64,000 nucleotides of DNA from a virus (IMGVR_UViG_3300047476_001426:64001-128000), one strand, 5' to 3'. Counted from the stretch's first letter, positions 43,149-53,621 are shown. Made by a program: numbers and translations. Notes: a model not told the origin generated them from the letters alone.

Positions 43149-44503
43149 TTGTGGTTTTCTATAAAATATTTTAAATCTTCAGGAGTACCCAAACCCCACA
43201 TTTTATTTACCTCAAATGTTCTTATAGATTTACCGCCCTCGATTGCTTGATTGAACACAGGACATACATAAAATTCATTATTAACTCTAATGTTTTTCTC
43301 TATCATTTGTTCAGCGTACTTGACAAAATCAGAACCATGTTTCCAATAATAAAATCCAACGGTTGCCATATTTGAAATAGGGTTTTTTTCCGCAACTTCT
43401 GTAACCAAACCGAATTCATTTACTTTAGCAAAAGACCACTTTGGGTGTATTGATTCAAATGTAACAATACCCCCATCACAATCGGTTTCTTGCATTTTAT
43501 ACATAAACTCATTTGAGTCCCAAGACACAAATTGGTCTGAATTTGCAAAAAATAATGGATTATCATTATTGATTAAATCTTTAGCCAATAACGCTGTACA
43601 CGCAGCACCCTCGGTTAAACCATCCACCTCAATTATTTTACAATTAGGCGCAATGATGTTCAGTAATGTATCAAGATTGTATTTTATTCTATGTGATTTT
43701 TGAACTATAAAAATAAAATTCGCAACCATGTTTAAGTTTTCAACCACGACTTGAATCATTGGTTTTCCTTCAACGTCAATTAAAGGTTTAGGGAAGGTAT
43801 ATCCCGCTTGTTCAAATCTTGAACCCGCACCAGCCATTGGTATTATTATATTTAATTTATCATTTGTCCATTGAGGTGATGACATTCTATATTCTTGTTT
43901 AATTTCGTTTATTTTTTTATTTATATTCTCAAAAGTCACATCTTTTGGTGTGTTAACTCTAAGTATATGGGAATTACTTCTTGACGCTGCTAACAAACCG
44001 TATGGTGAATCTTCAACAATTAATGTTTCTTCGGGTAGTACCCCAATTTCAGAAATTGCTTTCCAATATATTTCAGGATGAGGTTTACTATTTTTAACAT
44101 CCTCGTTAGATAATATCAAATCAAACTTATCTATTATATTAAATTTGGATAATACTGTTAGAACCGTTTTTCTGATACTATTGGAACAAACACCTATCTT
44201 ATAACCTTGAGATATCAATGAATCCATACATACCTGTAATTGGGTAGATGGATTTAATTTGTGAAGAGATTCTAAAGTGTATTTTTGTTTATCTTCCCAA
44301 ATTCTTTTAAAAGATTCTTTTGGTAAACCTTTACGTTCATGTAAAATATCTAATTTTTGATTTGTTTTTAAACCATCATAAATAGATAGGTGTTCTTCCC
44401 AAGTAATTGCATATTGACCTAAAGCCCTATTAAATGATTCATAATGAATATTCTTAGCTTCAACTAAAACACCGTCTAAATCGAATAATATGAGCTTTAT
44501 CAT
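43145..44503 (-). CDS. HAD phosphatase fused to sugar-nucleotidyltransferase
   Basis: FDLDGVL...KPHPE...EDSPYG, then IPMAGAGSRF...PKPLI. Confidence 0.85.
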   Translation of the reverse strand: MIKLILFDLDGVLVEAKNIHYESFNRALGQYAITWEEHLSIYDGLKTNQKLDILHERKGLPKESFKRIWEDKQKYTLESLHKLNPSTQLQVCMDSLISQGYKIGVCSNSIRKTVLTVLSKFNIIDKFDLILSNEDVKNSKPHPEIYWKAISEIGVLPEETLIVEDSPYGLLAASRSNSHILRVNTPKDVTFENINKKINEIKQEYRMSSPQWTNDKLNIIIPMAGAGSRFEQAGYTFPKPLIDVEGKPMIQVVVENLNMVANFIFIVQKSHRIKYNLDTLLNIIAPNCKIIEVDGLTEGAACTALLAKDLINNDNPLFFANSDQFVSWDSNEFMYKMQETDCDGGIVTFESIHPKWSFAKVNEFGLVTEVAEKNPISNMATVGFYYWKHGSDFVKYAEQMIEKNIRVNNEFYVCPVFNQAIEGGKSIRTFEVNKMWGLGTPEDLKYFIENHK

Positions 44504-44520
44504 AAGGTCTTTATTTCATT

Positions 44521-45258
44521 TTAGAAAAATTTAGAAAATAATCCTGTTTTAGTTTTTTCCAAGTCAGTGTTTTTGACAAAAACAGTTTGTCTTCCCCATA
44601 AAACTTTTATGTAACCATTTTCCAAAAGATATGGGGTCAACAATCTATCTTTTCCACCCATATCAGTATCAAAGTCGGTATCGTCAATTGAAATTAAATG
44701 AATATCCGCCAATTTGTCTTTGGCGGCAATATACGCTTCTAAATGTTTTTCCGCAAAATCAGTAGTACCAACATCCCAACCATCTAAGAACAATAAATCA
44801 ATTTTCTTATCAAAATTCTTCAAGAATTCAATTCCATCTTGAGGAATATGCATATGTAGATTACTTGGTATTGGTTCTTTAATGTGGTGTTGGTATGAAC
44901 TTTGGATTTGCTCTAAACACATTGTATCAATATCAACAGTGTGTACCTCAAAACCTTCTCTTACCCAAAAATATGTTGAGTGTCCATCTTGACAACACGG
45001 TGGTGCGTCCTTACTTTCTAATTTCATAGAATCATTGTGGTACGCAATACAATTTTGTGATAATTCTCTTCTTGTTGAACCAATTTCAACAACGACATTA
45101 CCTTCAATTATTTTTAATAATTCCACGGTTTTTGTAATCCAAGGTGCTGGATAATTTCTTATACTATTTTCTTCGTGGGTTAAACTATTATGGTCCCAAT
45201 AGTATGTTGTTTTTTTGAAATTGTCACATGCTTTTAATACTTCTGTAAATTTGCTCAT
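44521..45258 (-). CDS. Class I SAM methyltransferase
   Basis: VVEIGS, IDLLFLDG, IDDT. Confidence 0.7.
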   Translation of the reverse strand: MSKFTEVLKACDNFKKTTYYWDHNSLTHEENSIRNYPAPWITKTVELLKIIEGNVVVEIGSTRRELSQNCIAYHNDSMKLESKDAPPCCQDGHSTYFWVREGFEVHTVDIDTMCLEQIQSSYQHHIKEPIPSNLHMHIPQDGIEFLKNFDKKIDLLFLDGWDVGTTDFAEKHLEAYIAAKDKLADIHLISIDDTDFDTDMGGKDRLLTPYLLENGYIKVLWGRQTVFVKNTDLEKTKTGLFSKFF

Positions 45259-45270
45259 ATTTTTAATTTT

Positions 45271-46539
45271 TTAATTTTTTAAATTTATTTCTTTTCTTTC
45301 CACCCAACCTCTTTCAGGTGAGTGTGCCCAATAAACGACTCTTACTGGTTCTTTTTCAATTGTAAACATTTCTTCATAGTGAATTGGCCCATCACCATTC
45401 AAAAATCTTTGTAAATTATGACCGTCAATATATTTGTTAAATATTGATAGTCCGTCCTCATCATCATAAGCAACTAAAATAAAATCATAATCGTTTTCTG
45501 GTAAATCATATCTATCTATGTTAACTAGATGATAAAAAGATTTCATAAATGATGATTCCCATTCCTCTTCACTATCAAATTGTGGATTTGGTGGGAATTT
45601 ATCATCAACTGTCCATTTTTGGAATGCTCTTTTTTTGAAATGTATGCCAGCATATTTCTCGTAATCTCGAACAGTCCTCACAGTACCGAGTCCATATGGA
45701 CCTAAATCGTGTCCGTTATCCTCAGTCCCTAATAATTGTCTAATTCTTGAACGAGCGATGTCATTACCTTTCCACCACATACTTTCACCTCGTTTATGTT
45801 GGTCATCCCAAACCAATTTACCTGCACGTTCTTCTCTCATGGTTGCGTGCCATATAACAACTTCATGTGGATGAAATAAATCATAACCATATGTGTAACT
45901 TCTAACTGATAAGTTGATTTCTTCACCCGCGAAAAATATATTTGGGTCGTGTCTTACTTCTTTTGCCCATTGATTTGGACCAAAACAAAAATGTCCACTA
46001 ATAAATCGAGCGGGATATGGTTTTGTTAAATGTTGCCAACCACCTCTAACCGCGGATGGTCTAATAAAAATAGTTCCATGTGGGTAGAAACATTCAGCCC
46101 TCGAAAACCACGGTTCTTGGACTCTTTTCTCAGGGTCGTTGAATGGGTCATAGTACGGTAAATAACCACAGATTAATGGATTGTGTCCATCATTCTTTAA
46201 TTCCTCATACCATCCAATTAATTTAGAATCCCAATTTTCTGAAAATCTATGATGTGAATCTAATTGACAAACAAAATCCTCATCCGTTAACAGTTCTTCA
46301 TTTATTACCGAGCGAGCATACGCTAACCCCTTTGCCTCAGTATAAAGAATATCTTTAATTTTAAATCTCGGGTCATCTCTATATTCATCAACATTATCAA
46401 ATCCATCTTCAGGATTGAATTGTCTACATATACCAAAATGAATTCTTTCAGGGAATTCGGCGTTCTCTAAAGCACTTTTTATTGTTGGTATTAATTCGGG
46501 TTCTCTATACGCAGGTAAATGAACTAATATTTTCTTCAT
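45271..46539 (-). CDS. GlcNAc-transferase, Gnt1/GT60-like
   Basis: PAYREPEL, LDSHHRF, FISGHFCFG, GEEINLSVRSYTYGYDLF. Confidence 0.8.
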   Translation of the reverse strand: MKKILVHLPAYREPELIPTIKSALENAEFPERIHFGICRQFNPEDGFDNVDEYRDDPRFKIKDILYTEAKGLAYARSVINEELLTDEDFVCQLDSHHRFSENWDSKLIGWYEELKNDGHNPLICGYLPYYDPFNDPEKRVQEPWFSRAECFYPHGTIFIRPSAVRGGWQHLTKPYPARFISGHFCFGPNQWAKEVRHDPNIFFAGEEINLSVRSYTYGYDLFHPHEVVIWHATMREERAGKLVWDDQHKRGESMWWKGNDIARSRIRQLLGTEDNGHDLGPYGLGTVRTVRDYEKYAGIHFKKRAFQKWTVDDKFPPNPQFDSEEEWESSFMKSFYHLVNIDRYDLPENDYDFILVAYDDEDGLSIFNKYIDGHNLQRFLNGDGPIHYEEMFTIEKEPVRVVYWAHSPERGWVERKEINLKN

Positions 46540-46548
46540 ATAATTTTT

Positions 46549-47805
46549 TTATAATGTTCCTTCTAATCTATTACACCAACCATGTTCTTGGGAGTGTGGC
46601 CATACATACCATTTAGCTGGTTTTTTATCAGTTTCAAAACTTCTCCATAGTTTACAATAACCATCAATGTCATTTTTCATATTTCGAATCTCATCAGGGT
46701 TAGCGTCTTGTCTAAAGATTTCATTACCATCCTCATCATCAAACGATACCGCCCAAAAAGTATAATCGTCATGTGGAACATCGTGATAACCAATATCAAT
46801 ACAATGTTTAAACATGAAAGTAAATGAATTATCGTATTCTATTTGGTCTTCGATGTATGGGTTTGGTGGGTGATTAAATTCTAAAGTGAATTTTTGTGCT
46901 GCTCTCTTTTTAAAAGAGATACCCGAATACCTTTCGTATTGGTCCAAGGTTCTGTTTTTACCAAATCCAAACTCACCGAAATTAATTTCTTTACCGTCAT
47001 CTTCCATTCCGAATAACTTCCTATTCTTATAGTGACTGTATTCATTTCTCTTGTGCCAAACGGGGTCATCATCCCATTGTTTAGTGGAACCTTTTCTTGT
47101 GTAATAGTGCCAAATCAAAACTCTATGTAAATGAAATAAGTCATATCCGTGAGTATATGCCCTAACAGAGATTGAGATTTCTTCACCATGAAAATAATAA
47201 TCGGGGTCATGTTGTACCTCTAAAGCAAATTGTCCGAGTGTAAAACAAAAATGTGCGGAATAAAATCTGGCATGAACGGGTTCTGTTCTTTCTTTAAAAT
47301 CATCAATAGACGCTGGTAAAAAATGGACATTACCATCAGGACTGAATCTATCAAAATTCATTTTCCAAGGAACGTGTAATCTACCTTTTGGGTCGTTATC
47401 TGGTTCATACGATGGTATGTAACCAGTCAACATTGGTTTTTTATGTCCCTTTTCTTGTAATCTTTTTAATTCACCAATTAACTCGGTGTCCCAATTCTTT
47501 GTAAACCTGTGATGTGAATCCAATTGTAGTGTGTATTCTTCACCACCGTATTGTTGTTGTAACATGTATCTTGCCCAACACGGACCTTTCGCTTTGGTAT
47601 AATCAATATCAATTATTTTAAATCGAGGGTCACATTTATATTCATCTAAATTATCCCACTCATCTTCTTTGGAGTGTTGCCATGCAATTGAGAAGACTAA
47701 ATTTTCGGGATGTTTAGCTTTCTTGATACAATCTTTTAAGGTTGGCAGTAGTTCCTTATCCCTATATGCTGCCATTTGTATAAAAATCTTTCCGTTACCA
47801 GACAT
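46549..47805 (-). CDS. GlcNAc-transferase, Gnt1/GT60-like, paralog
   Basis: IFIQMAAYRDKEL, GPCWAR, QLDSHHRF, GEEISISVRAYTHGYD. Confidence 0.8.
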   Translation of the reverse strand: MSGNGKIFIQMAAYRDKELLPTLKDCIKKAKHPENLVFSIAWQHSKEDEWDNLDEYKCDPRFKIIDIDYTKAKGPCWARYMLQQQYGGEEYTLQLDSHHRFTKNWDTELIGELKRLQEKGHKKPMLTGYIPSYEPDNDPKGRLHVPWKMNFDRFSPDGNVHFLPASIDDFKERTEPVHARFYSAHFCFTLGQFALEVQHDPDYYFHGEEISISVRAYTHGYDLFHLHRVLIWHYYTRKGSTKQWDDDPVWHKRNEYSHYKNRKLFGMEDDGKEINFGEFGFGKNRTLDQYERYSGISFKKRAAQKFTLEFNHPPNPYIEDQIEYDNSFTFMFKHCIDIGYHDVPHDDYTFWAVSFDDEDGNEIFRQDANPDEIRNMKNDIDGYCKLWRSFETDKKPAKWYVWPHSQEHGWCNRLEGTL

Positions 47806-47906
47806 ACTATAAACTTTTCTAAAAAATAGTAATTTTCCCCATCAATGTCAAGAGGTCTTTGTTTTTTCACCTTTATTTCATATACTTTATTTAGATACAG
47901 AAACAA

Positions 47907-48272
47907 ATGAAGAACATTTACCAACCCATCGTCTTAGAAAAGGCGAATGCTATCATATCAATATTACGAGAATCGGATTTTTTTGTTGAATATGAAATTG
48001 AGGATGAGACCTTTGCTATGAATTATTTTTGTGATAAACTAACCACAAAATTCATTAATGGTGAATTAGATGAAGACTCAATAGAAAATCTTTTCAATGA
48101 AGAAGATATGGACCAATTTCTACGAGAAATTATTGCGGGTAGTTTATTATATGAGCTACAAGAACAAGGAATTCTCGATTCTATAGAAGATGAAAATAAT
48201 GAAGAAAGATTTTTTCTAACTGAGAAAGGTAAAGAAATTGCGAAAAATCTCGGAGAGAAAACGCAAGAATAA
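47907..48272 (+). CDS. Acidic hypothetical protein
   Basis: 121 aa; C-terminal FFLTEKGK. Confidence 0.75.
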   Translation: MKNIYQPIVLEKANAIISILRESDFFVEYEIEDETFAMNYFCDKLTTKFINGELDEDSIENLFNEEDMDQFLREIIAGSLLYELQEQGILDSIEDENNEERFFLTEKGKEIAKNLGEKTQE

Positions 48273-48274
48273 AA

Positions 48275-48607
48275 TTATTTTATTTTTTTATCCTCAGTTT
48301 GGGTTTGATTCAGACTCTTCTTGTGTGTTTTGACTTTATCTTTTAGAACTTTCAAAGTGGAATGGGCCGTGGTTAAGCTATCAGATATTATTTTTACCCT
48401 ACCATTAGTTACGGTTTTTAAACCATCAGGTATAGAATCTTGCAACTGTCTCAATTCTTTAATTGTTTCAGACAATTGACTTTCAAGCTCATCCATTTTA
48501 AATTGAACTCTATTATAATCATTCCTATTCACTTTAGAAACTTCTTCAGATAATATGTTTCTAAGTATACCTAATACTGTATTTTCATTGATTTTGTTGG
48601 ATTCCAT
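48275..48607 (-). CDS. Coiled-coil hypothetical protein
   Basis: N-terminal ILRNILSEE; TATTTATA upstream. Confidence 0.75.
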   Translation of the reverse strand: MESNKINENTVLGILRNILSEEVSKVNRNDYNRVQFKMDELESQLSETIKELRQLQDSIPDGLKTVTNGRVKIISDSLTTAHSTLKVLKDKVKTHKKSLNQTQTEDKKIK

Positions 48608-48691
48608 ATCTTATAAATATCTTTGTTTGGGTGTTTGGTTATTTAAAAATTATTACCTACCTTTTAATAAATAATACAAAAAAGAATTAAA

Positions 48692-49744
48692 ATGCAATTA
48701 TTTGATTTTGATGACATTCTGATTGAACCGTCCACATTAACGGACATTCGCAGTCGTAAAATAATCTCCTCGAGATATGAAAATGGTATGCTACCAATAA
48801 TGACAGCACCCATGGACACCGTTGTTGACTTACAAAACCACAACCTATTCAAAAAGAATGGTATTTTACCAGTTTTACCAAGAATCCAAAATCCATCAGA
48901 GGATTGGATTGACACGGGGTTGTTTTTATCATATAGTTTGGAAGATTTTGAAAGATTATTTATGAAATCAACAATCCAAATCCCAAAAGAATCCTCAGCC
49001 CTTGTTTTGATTGATATCGCTAACGGTCACATGAGAGACCTTCACACAATTTCCAAAGAAGCTAAGAAAAAATATGGAAATGAGATTACATTAATGGTTG
49101 GTAATGTTGCAAACCCCGATACTTTTTATGAATACTGTTTATCCGGAATGGATTATGTTCGTATTGGTATTGGTAACGGGAATGGTTGTTTAACTACCGT
49201 CCAAACAGGTGTTGGTTACCCAATGGCGTCTTTAATTCAAGAGTGTAATAAAGTAAAAACAGGTCAGTCTTGGATTAAAACCAAGATAGTTGCAGATGGT
49301 GGTTTTAAAAAATATTCAGATGTCATTAAAGCGTTGGCTTTAGGTGCTGACTATGTTATGTTGGGGTCAATCCTTAATAAGGCTCTTGAGAGTTGCGGGG
49401 AAACCACAAGAGTTGCAGATGCGTTAGGTAATCATGAAACCATCAATCAATATGATGATTTAGCAATTACGATGTTTAATTCTGACATCCCACTCTATAA
49501 AGTTTTTAGAGGTATGAGTACAAAAGAAGTTCAAAAAAATTGGGGTAAAACCGAATTAACTACTTCAGAAGGTGTTGTTAGACAACAAAAAGTTGAGTAC
49601 ACATTGAATGGTTGGGTAAATAATTTTGAATCGTATTTAAAATCTGCAATGAGTTACACAGGAAAAAAAGAACTCCACCAATTTATAGGTGGAGTCAAGT
49701 GTAATCACATTTCAATGAATGCGTTTAAAAGATTCGATAAGTAA
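48692..49744 (+). CDS. IMPDH/GMP reductase family
   Basis: TAPMDTV, IDIANGH, RIGIGNGNGCLTT, ADGG, VMLGS, FRGMST. Confidence 0.85.
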   Translation: MQLFDFDDILIEPSTLTDIRSRKIISSRYENGMLPIMTAPMDTVVDLQNHNLFKKNGILPVLPRIQNPSEDWIDTGLFLSYSLEDFERLFMKSTIQIPKESSALVLIDIANGHMRDLHTISKEAKKKYGNEITLMVGNVANPDTFYEYCLSGMDYVRIGIGNGNGCLTTVQTGVGYPMASLIQECNKVKTGQSWIKTKIVADGGFKKYSDVIKALALGADYVMLGSILNKALESCGETTRVADALGNHETINQYDDLAITMFNSDIPLYKVFRGMSTKEVQKNWGKTELTTSEGVVRQQKVEYTLNGWVNNFESYLKSAMSYTGKKELHQFIGGVKCNHISMNAFKRFDK

Positions 49745-49981
49745 TTATTCTACTCTGAATTCGTTATCTTCAGAACTACTAATTGCGTTGTCTCTTTTCA
49801 TACCTTCTTTAATGTAGGTACGTATAAGTTTTGATACGCTCATGTTCTTTTTGCTTGCAACCTTTTCAATTTCACGAAAGTATGCTGGTACCACTCTAAA
49901 CGATAACATCTGAACCAATTGTTTAGATTTTGGTGTTTCAGGACTTTTCAATTCTTCTTTAAATTCTTTATTTTCCATCAT
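49745..49981 (-). CDS. Ribbon-helix-helix-like DNA-binding protein
   Basis: MLSFRV...IEKVA...SVSKLIRTYI. Confidence 0.65.
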   Translation of the reverse strand: MMENKEFKEELKSPETPKSKQLVQMLSFRVVPAYFREIEKVASKKNMSVSKLIRTYIKEGMKRDNAISSSEDNEFRVE

Positions 49982-50053
49982 TCGGATTTTTATATAAATA
50001 TTTGGATTTACGGGTTTTTTTCAGTATCTTTTAAATAATAAATCAAATATAAT

Positions 50054-50413
50054 ATGTCAACAGAAAAAAGTCAACCAATTAGTGCGGTTAAAGCTTGTGA
50101 GGAACGTTATCCTGAGACCACCGCTGAATTTAAAAAGATTCTAAAAGAACAGTACGAACTCTTTTGTAAAAAACAAATGAATTATGGTCCTGATAATATT
50201 TCAGTGGGTACAAGATTAGAGACTCCTGAGGAAATAAAATTATCACAAACAGGTCTATGGTTTAGAATGAACGATAAAATCCAAAGACTTAAACAATTGG
50301 TGTTGTTGGGTAAAGAGGATACCGTGGGAGAAAGTATTGAAGACACTTATTCAGACCTTTCAGTTTATGGTGTAATTGCACAAATTGTTAGTCGAGGTAA
50401 ATGGGCTAAATAA
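50054..50413 (+). CDS. DUF1599 / nucleotide-modification-associated domain 1 protein
   Basis: KKQMNYG...RMNDKIQRL...ESIEDTYSDLSVYG. Confidence 0.8.
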   Translation: MSTEKSQPISAVKACEERYPETTAEFKKILKEQYELFCKKQMNYGPDNISVGTRLETPEEIKLSQTGLWFRMNDKIQRLKQLVLLGKEDTVGESIEDTYSDLSVYGVIAQIVSRGKWAK

Positions 50414-50452
50414 ATTATTTATTATGTTGGTATACAACATTTTAACTAAAAT

Positions 50453-50474
50453 AAAGGGGGTTCAGACCCCCTTT
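50453..50474 (+). terminator. Intrinsic terminator
   Basis: aaaggggg-ttcaga-cccccttt. Confidence 0.7.
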
Positions 50475-50526
50475 CTATTTTTTTAAATAAAATAATAAAA
50501 TATTTATATAGAAACGGGAGGTCAAC

Positions 50527-50883
50527 ATGAATACAAAACAATCGGTAGCAGTAACAAAATTTTTGGACTCATTAAGTAAGAACGTACTTCAAAACGTTTC
50601 GGTCGATAATTATTTCTCATTTTCACAAGAAAAGAAGATGACCACCCAATATTTGATACTTAAATTAATTATTAAATCCATGGGGGTAAAATTGAAAGTA
50701 AATGACGATATTTTACCAAACTTAATAAAATCTCTTAGAGAAAGAAATGAAGAGATTGAAAATTATGAATTTGCGGAAACTTTAAAAAATATTGAGTCTA
50801 ATATGGAAACATTATTAGATTTAAACACAACAAACATAAAGACAAAGAGAACAATCAAGACAAACAAACCAAATGACGCGTAA
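50527..50883 (+). CDS. Hypothetical protein
   Basis: 118 aa; TATTTATA at 50501. Confidence 0.75.
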   Translation: MNTKQSVAVTKFLDSLSKNVLQNVSVDNYFSFSQEKKMTTQYLILKLIIKSMGVKLKVNDDILPNLIKSLRERNEEIENYEFAETLKNIESNMETLLDLNTTNIKTKRTIKTNKPNDA

Positions 50884-51274
50884 AAGAAATATTGACGAAG
50901 AGTTAAAAATTTCTTACACCAAAATGGCACTCGACTGGTGTGTTGAAAACTTAGGTATTAACACCCGAAAAAGAAAAAAGTTAATTCTAGAAATTAATTG
51001 TAAAAATTTTTCTGAAGGTCAAACAATCTATTATGGTAAGTACTGTTTTAATCAAAACAAAATCATTATTTATATTACAAGTTGTGAAACCATTGATGAC
51101 GTTATATCCACAATGATTCATGAGTACACCCATTATTTACAATCAAGCTCCTTATATCGATATTACTCCACATGTTACTATTATTCTCAAAACCCATGTG
51201 AAAGACAGGCGAAAAGAAATGAGGCAAAATACACTAAGGAGTGTTTTAAAGAAATAAAAAAATTAATCAGGTAA
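50873..51274 (+). CDS. HExxH metallopeptidase-like protein
   Basis: TMIHEYTHYLQ...NPCERQA. Confidence 0.75.
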   Translation: MTRKRNIDEELKISYTKMALDWCVENLGINTRKRKKLILEINCKNFSEGQTIYYGKYCFNQNKIIIYITSCETIDDVISTMIHEYTHYLQSSSLYRYYSTCYYYSQNPCERQAKRNEAKYTKECFKEIKKLIR

Positions 51275-51472
51275 TATTTCCGCGTCAGGAATTTCAACTA
51301 AAAACAAAAGAAAATTCTCATTAGTTTGTTGATACATTTGACGAACTACATTATCGCAATTCCAATATTTTCTTAATTCGTCTATAAATTCAGGTTTGAC
51401 GTGTTTTTCTCTTACCTTTCTCTCGATAAAGTATAGTTTGTCTTGAAAATTAAATAATTCTTTTTTGAACAT
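51263..51472 (-). CDS. Hypothetical protein
   Basis: Likely start MFKKELF at 51472. Confidence 0.7.
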   Translation of the reverse strand: MFKKELFNFQDKLYFIERKVREKHVKPEFIDELRKYWNCDNVVRQMYQQTNENFLLFLVEIPDAEILPD

Positions 51473-51473
51473 A

Positions 51474-52076
51474 TTAGTGTTTACATGTAATTTGGTGTTC
51501 ACCCCATTTTTTCAATGGTTTCTTATTTTCAAATTTGTAACAAGTCCATTTTTTGCTCTTATCAAAATAAATGTGTTTCACAAAAAAACTCGGAACTGTT
51601 GCACCTGTAGATAATTTCTGTGAATTTTTATCAAAAATCAAGTCTATTTTTATTGTTAAAGGTTCTTTATCATCCCACACTCTCTCTTGTTCTTCTAAAA
51701 GTCTCCATTCACCCCTATTCAAATCTTGATGTTGTAAAGCACAGTTTAAATAACTAAAGGTTTGTTTTAAGTTTACCATATTATCTGAAAATGTCGCCGC
51801 AGGTGCTAAATGACCTTTATCCCAAACATTATTTTTATAATCATGGTTGTCAGAAGTATGGATTCCTTGTTCAGAATAAAAATCCATTGAACCCCTATTA
51901 ACATTGGTTGGTCTATTTGTTGATTTATAGATTAACCAAATTGGTTCTTCTAAGGTTTGTGAGTAATGTACCTCAAAAACATTGTTCTTTATGTGTACAA
52001 CGTCTTTTTCAGTAGTAGATGAGGTTACAATTAGTAACGAAAAAAATAAAATTGTTAAGATTAATGGTTTTTTCAT
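51474..52076 (-). CDS. Secreted DNA/RNA non-specific endonuclease (NucA-like)
   Basis: Signal peptide; DKGHLAPA, LNRGEWRLLEEQER, VPSFF. Confidence 0.85.
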   Translation of the reverse strand: MKKPLILTILFFSLLIVTSSTTEKDVVHIKNNVFEVHYSQTLEEPIWLIYKSTNRPTNVNRGSMDFYSEQGIHTSDNHDYKNNVWDKGHLAPAATFSDNMVNLKQTFSYLNCALQHQDLNRGEWRLLEEQERVWDDKEPLTIKIDLIFDKNSQKLSTGATVPSFFVKHIYFDKSKKWTCYKFENKKPLKKWGEHQITCKH

Positions 52077-52627
52077 AGTTGGTTGGTTAGTATATAACTA
52101 AATATACTCTCCGCGGTATTTTTACCAACTGAAAATTCAACATAGGGTATCAAATGAGACTCTAACCTATCCTTAATTACCTCATCAATTTCTTTCGATT
52201 CGTCTAAATTTTGGAATCTACCATTTTCATTAAATGTGGTATCATCTCTTTTTAAAACTATGTTTAAATTGTTGTATTTTTTGAATAACTTAAAAATAAA
52301 ATAATCAAATGAGTCGTCATAAAAGGTTGCGGGGTACTCAGGACTATCATTGTATATGTCCTTATAAACGGTACCCAAAATTATCGGTGAATCAACAATA
52401 ATATATTTTACTTTACCATATAATCTACTGATATTTCTATGTTGATTGGCGGTAACAAAGAATTGGTCTTTTATTGTTGAATAATTTTCTTCCCATGCAA
52501 CAATTTTCGGGTATTCAAAGGTCAATTCTACGTCCATGTGATTTTTTTTCATTAAAGTGAATAATTCAGCACTTTGGGTTGATTTACCAATGCCGGGACC
52601 ACCAAAAAAATTAATAATCACACTCAT
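52073..52627 (-). CDS. P-loop ATPase/kinase (NadR/AAA-like)
   Basis: IINFFGGPGIGKST, IIVDSP; likely start at 52627. Confidence 0.8.
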   Translation of the reverse strand: MSVIINFFGGPGIGKSTQSAELFTLMKKNHMDVELTFEYPKIVAWEENYSTIKDQFFVTANQHRNISRLYGKVKYIIVDSPIILGTVYKDIYNDSPEYPATFYDDSFDYFIFKLFKKYNNLNIVLKRDDTTFNENGRFQNLDESKEIDEVIKDRLESHLIPYVEFSVGKNTAESIFSYILTNQL

Positions 52628-52710
52628 TTTAATAATATAAAAAAATTCTATCGGATAAAAAAGTGAAAAACACTTCATATCGATATATTTATAGAATAAA
52701 AATCCGAAAT

Positions 52711-53058
52711 ATGGACGTAAATTCATTCTACACGGTACTTATTACCACGATAACAGTTTTAGGTTCCGCAAGTGCGTGGAGATACTACGAAAAAAGGGCC
52801 ATGAGAAAAGAAAAATCTGAAGATTATATGAAAGACGAATGTAGAGAACGAATTGCCAAATTAGAGGTACTATTGGAAAGGTCATCTTCTGAAAAAGATG
52901 ATTTAAGGTCTAAGATTTTGGATTTAACTAGAGAAGTTGCTGAACTTAGGGTAAAAGTTGAGTTTTTAGAAAACAAAAACAAAGAGTTAAAAAAGAAGAC
53001 TGAGGTTATTGTTCCTGTTGCACCAGTAAAAAGAGGTAGAAAACCTAAAACCACCTAA
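52711..53058 (+). CDS. TM-anchored coiled-coil protein
   Basis: Start MDVNSF; TATTTATA at 52686. Confidence 0.7.
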   Translation: MDVNSFYTVLITTITVLGSASAWRYYEKRAMRKEKSEDYMKDECRERIAKLEVLLERSSSEKDDLRSKILDLTREVAELRVKVEFLENKNKELKKKTEVIVPVAPVKRGRKPKTT

Positions 53059-53621
53059 CAATCTTTAGTTAGGGTATCAAACACTAAAATTATTTCACTC
53101 ATCGAGTCATAAGAGAAACATTCTGAATATCCAGAAAAGTTTTCCAAAAGGGGTTTAAATTTTTTTACACCCCTTTTTTTATTTAACTTGTCCTTTATCT
53201 GTTCCTCTAATTTTTCAGCATCTTTAGTGTCAATCCTCCTCAATATAGTTTCTAATGTATAACCTTCATAACCATAATCTTTACTAAATCTACGAAGAAT
53301 AAAACGTTTCGAGGTTATCCCAACTTTAACAAATGTTTTACCTGTTTTTTCCTCTTTCATCACAATGAGGTACAGTGATTTGGGTAACTTCTCAAGTTTT
53401 TTCTTTTTATTCATTGAATGTTTGGTTATTTTATTTTGTGCATATTTCTTAGCATCCTCTAAATTTTTAAATTCTTTAACATCTCTATTTGGATTCGGAA
53501 AATATTTTTTGAACCTATTAGAATATATTATCTTTCCACTGTCAGCAACAAAAACCTTATTTTTAGTTGTAACCCTTTCATATATTGAATAGAATCCAAC
53601 TTTGAGTATTAACTTATCCAT
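53055..53621 (-). CDS. GIY-YIG-like (T5orf172-like) endonuclease
   Basis: LYLIVM...VKVGITS...RRF...GYSECF; ends in TAG. Confidence 0.65.
   Translation of the reverse strand: MDKLILKVGFYSIYERVTTKNKVFVADSGKIIYSNRFKKYFPNPNRDVKEFKNLEDAKKYAQNKITKHSMNKKKKLEKLPKSLYLIVMKEEKTGKTFVKVGITSKRFILRRFSKDYGYEGYTLETILRRIDTKDAEKLEEQIKDKLNKKRGVKKFKPLLENFSGYSECFSYDSMSEIILVFDTLTKDC

Noticed and set aside
52824-53054. 76-aa ORF as an amber read-through extension of the 53055 nuclease
   Set aside because: In frame after the TAG, but it is the antisense shadow of the 52711 gene with no recognisable features
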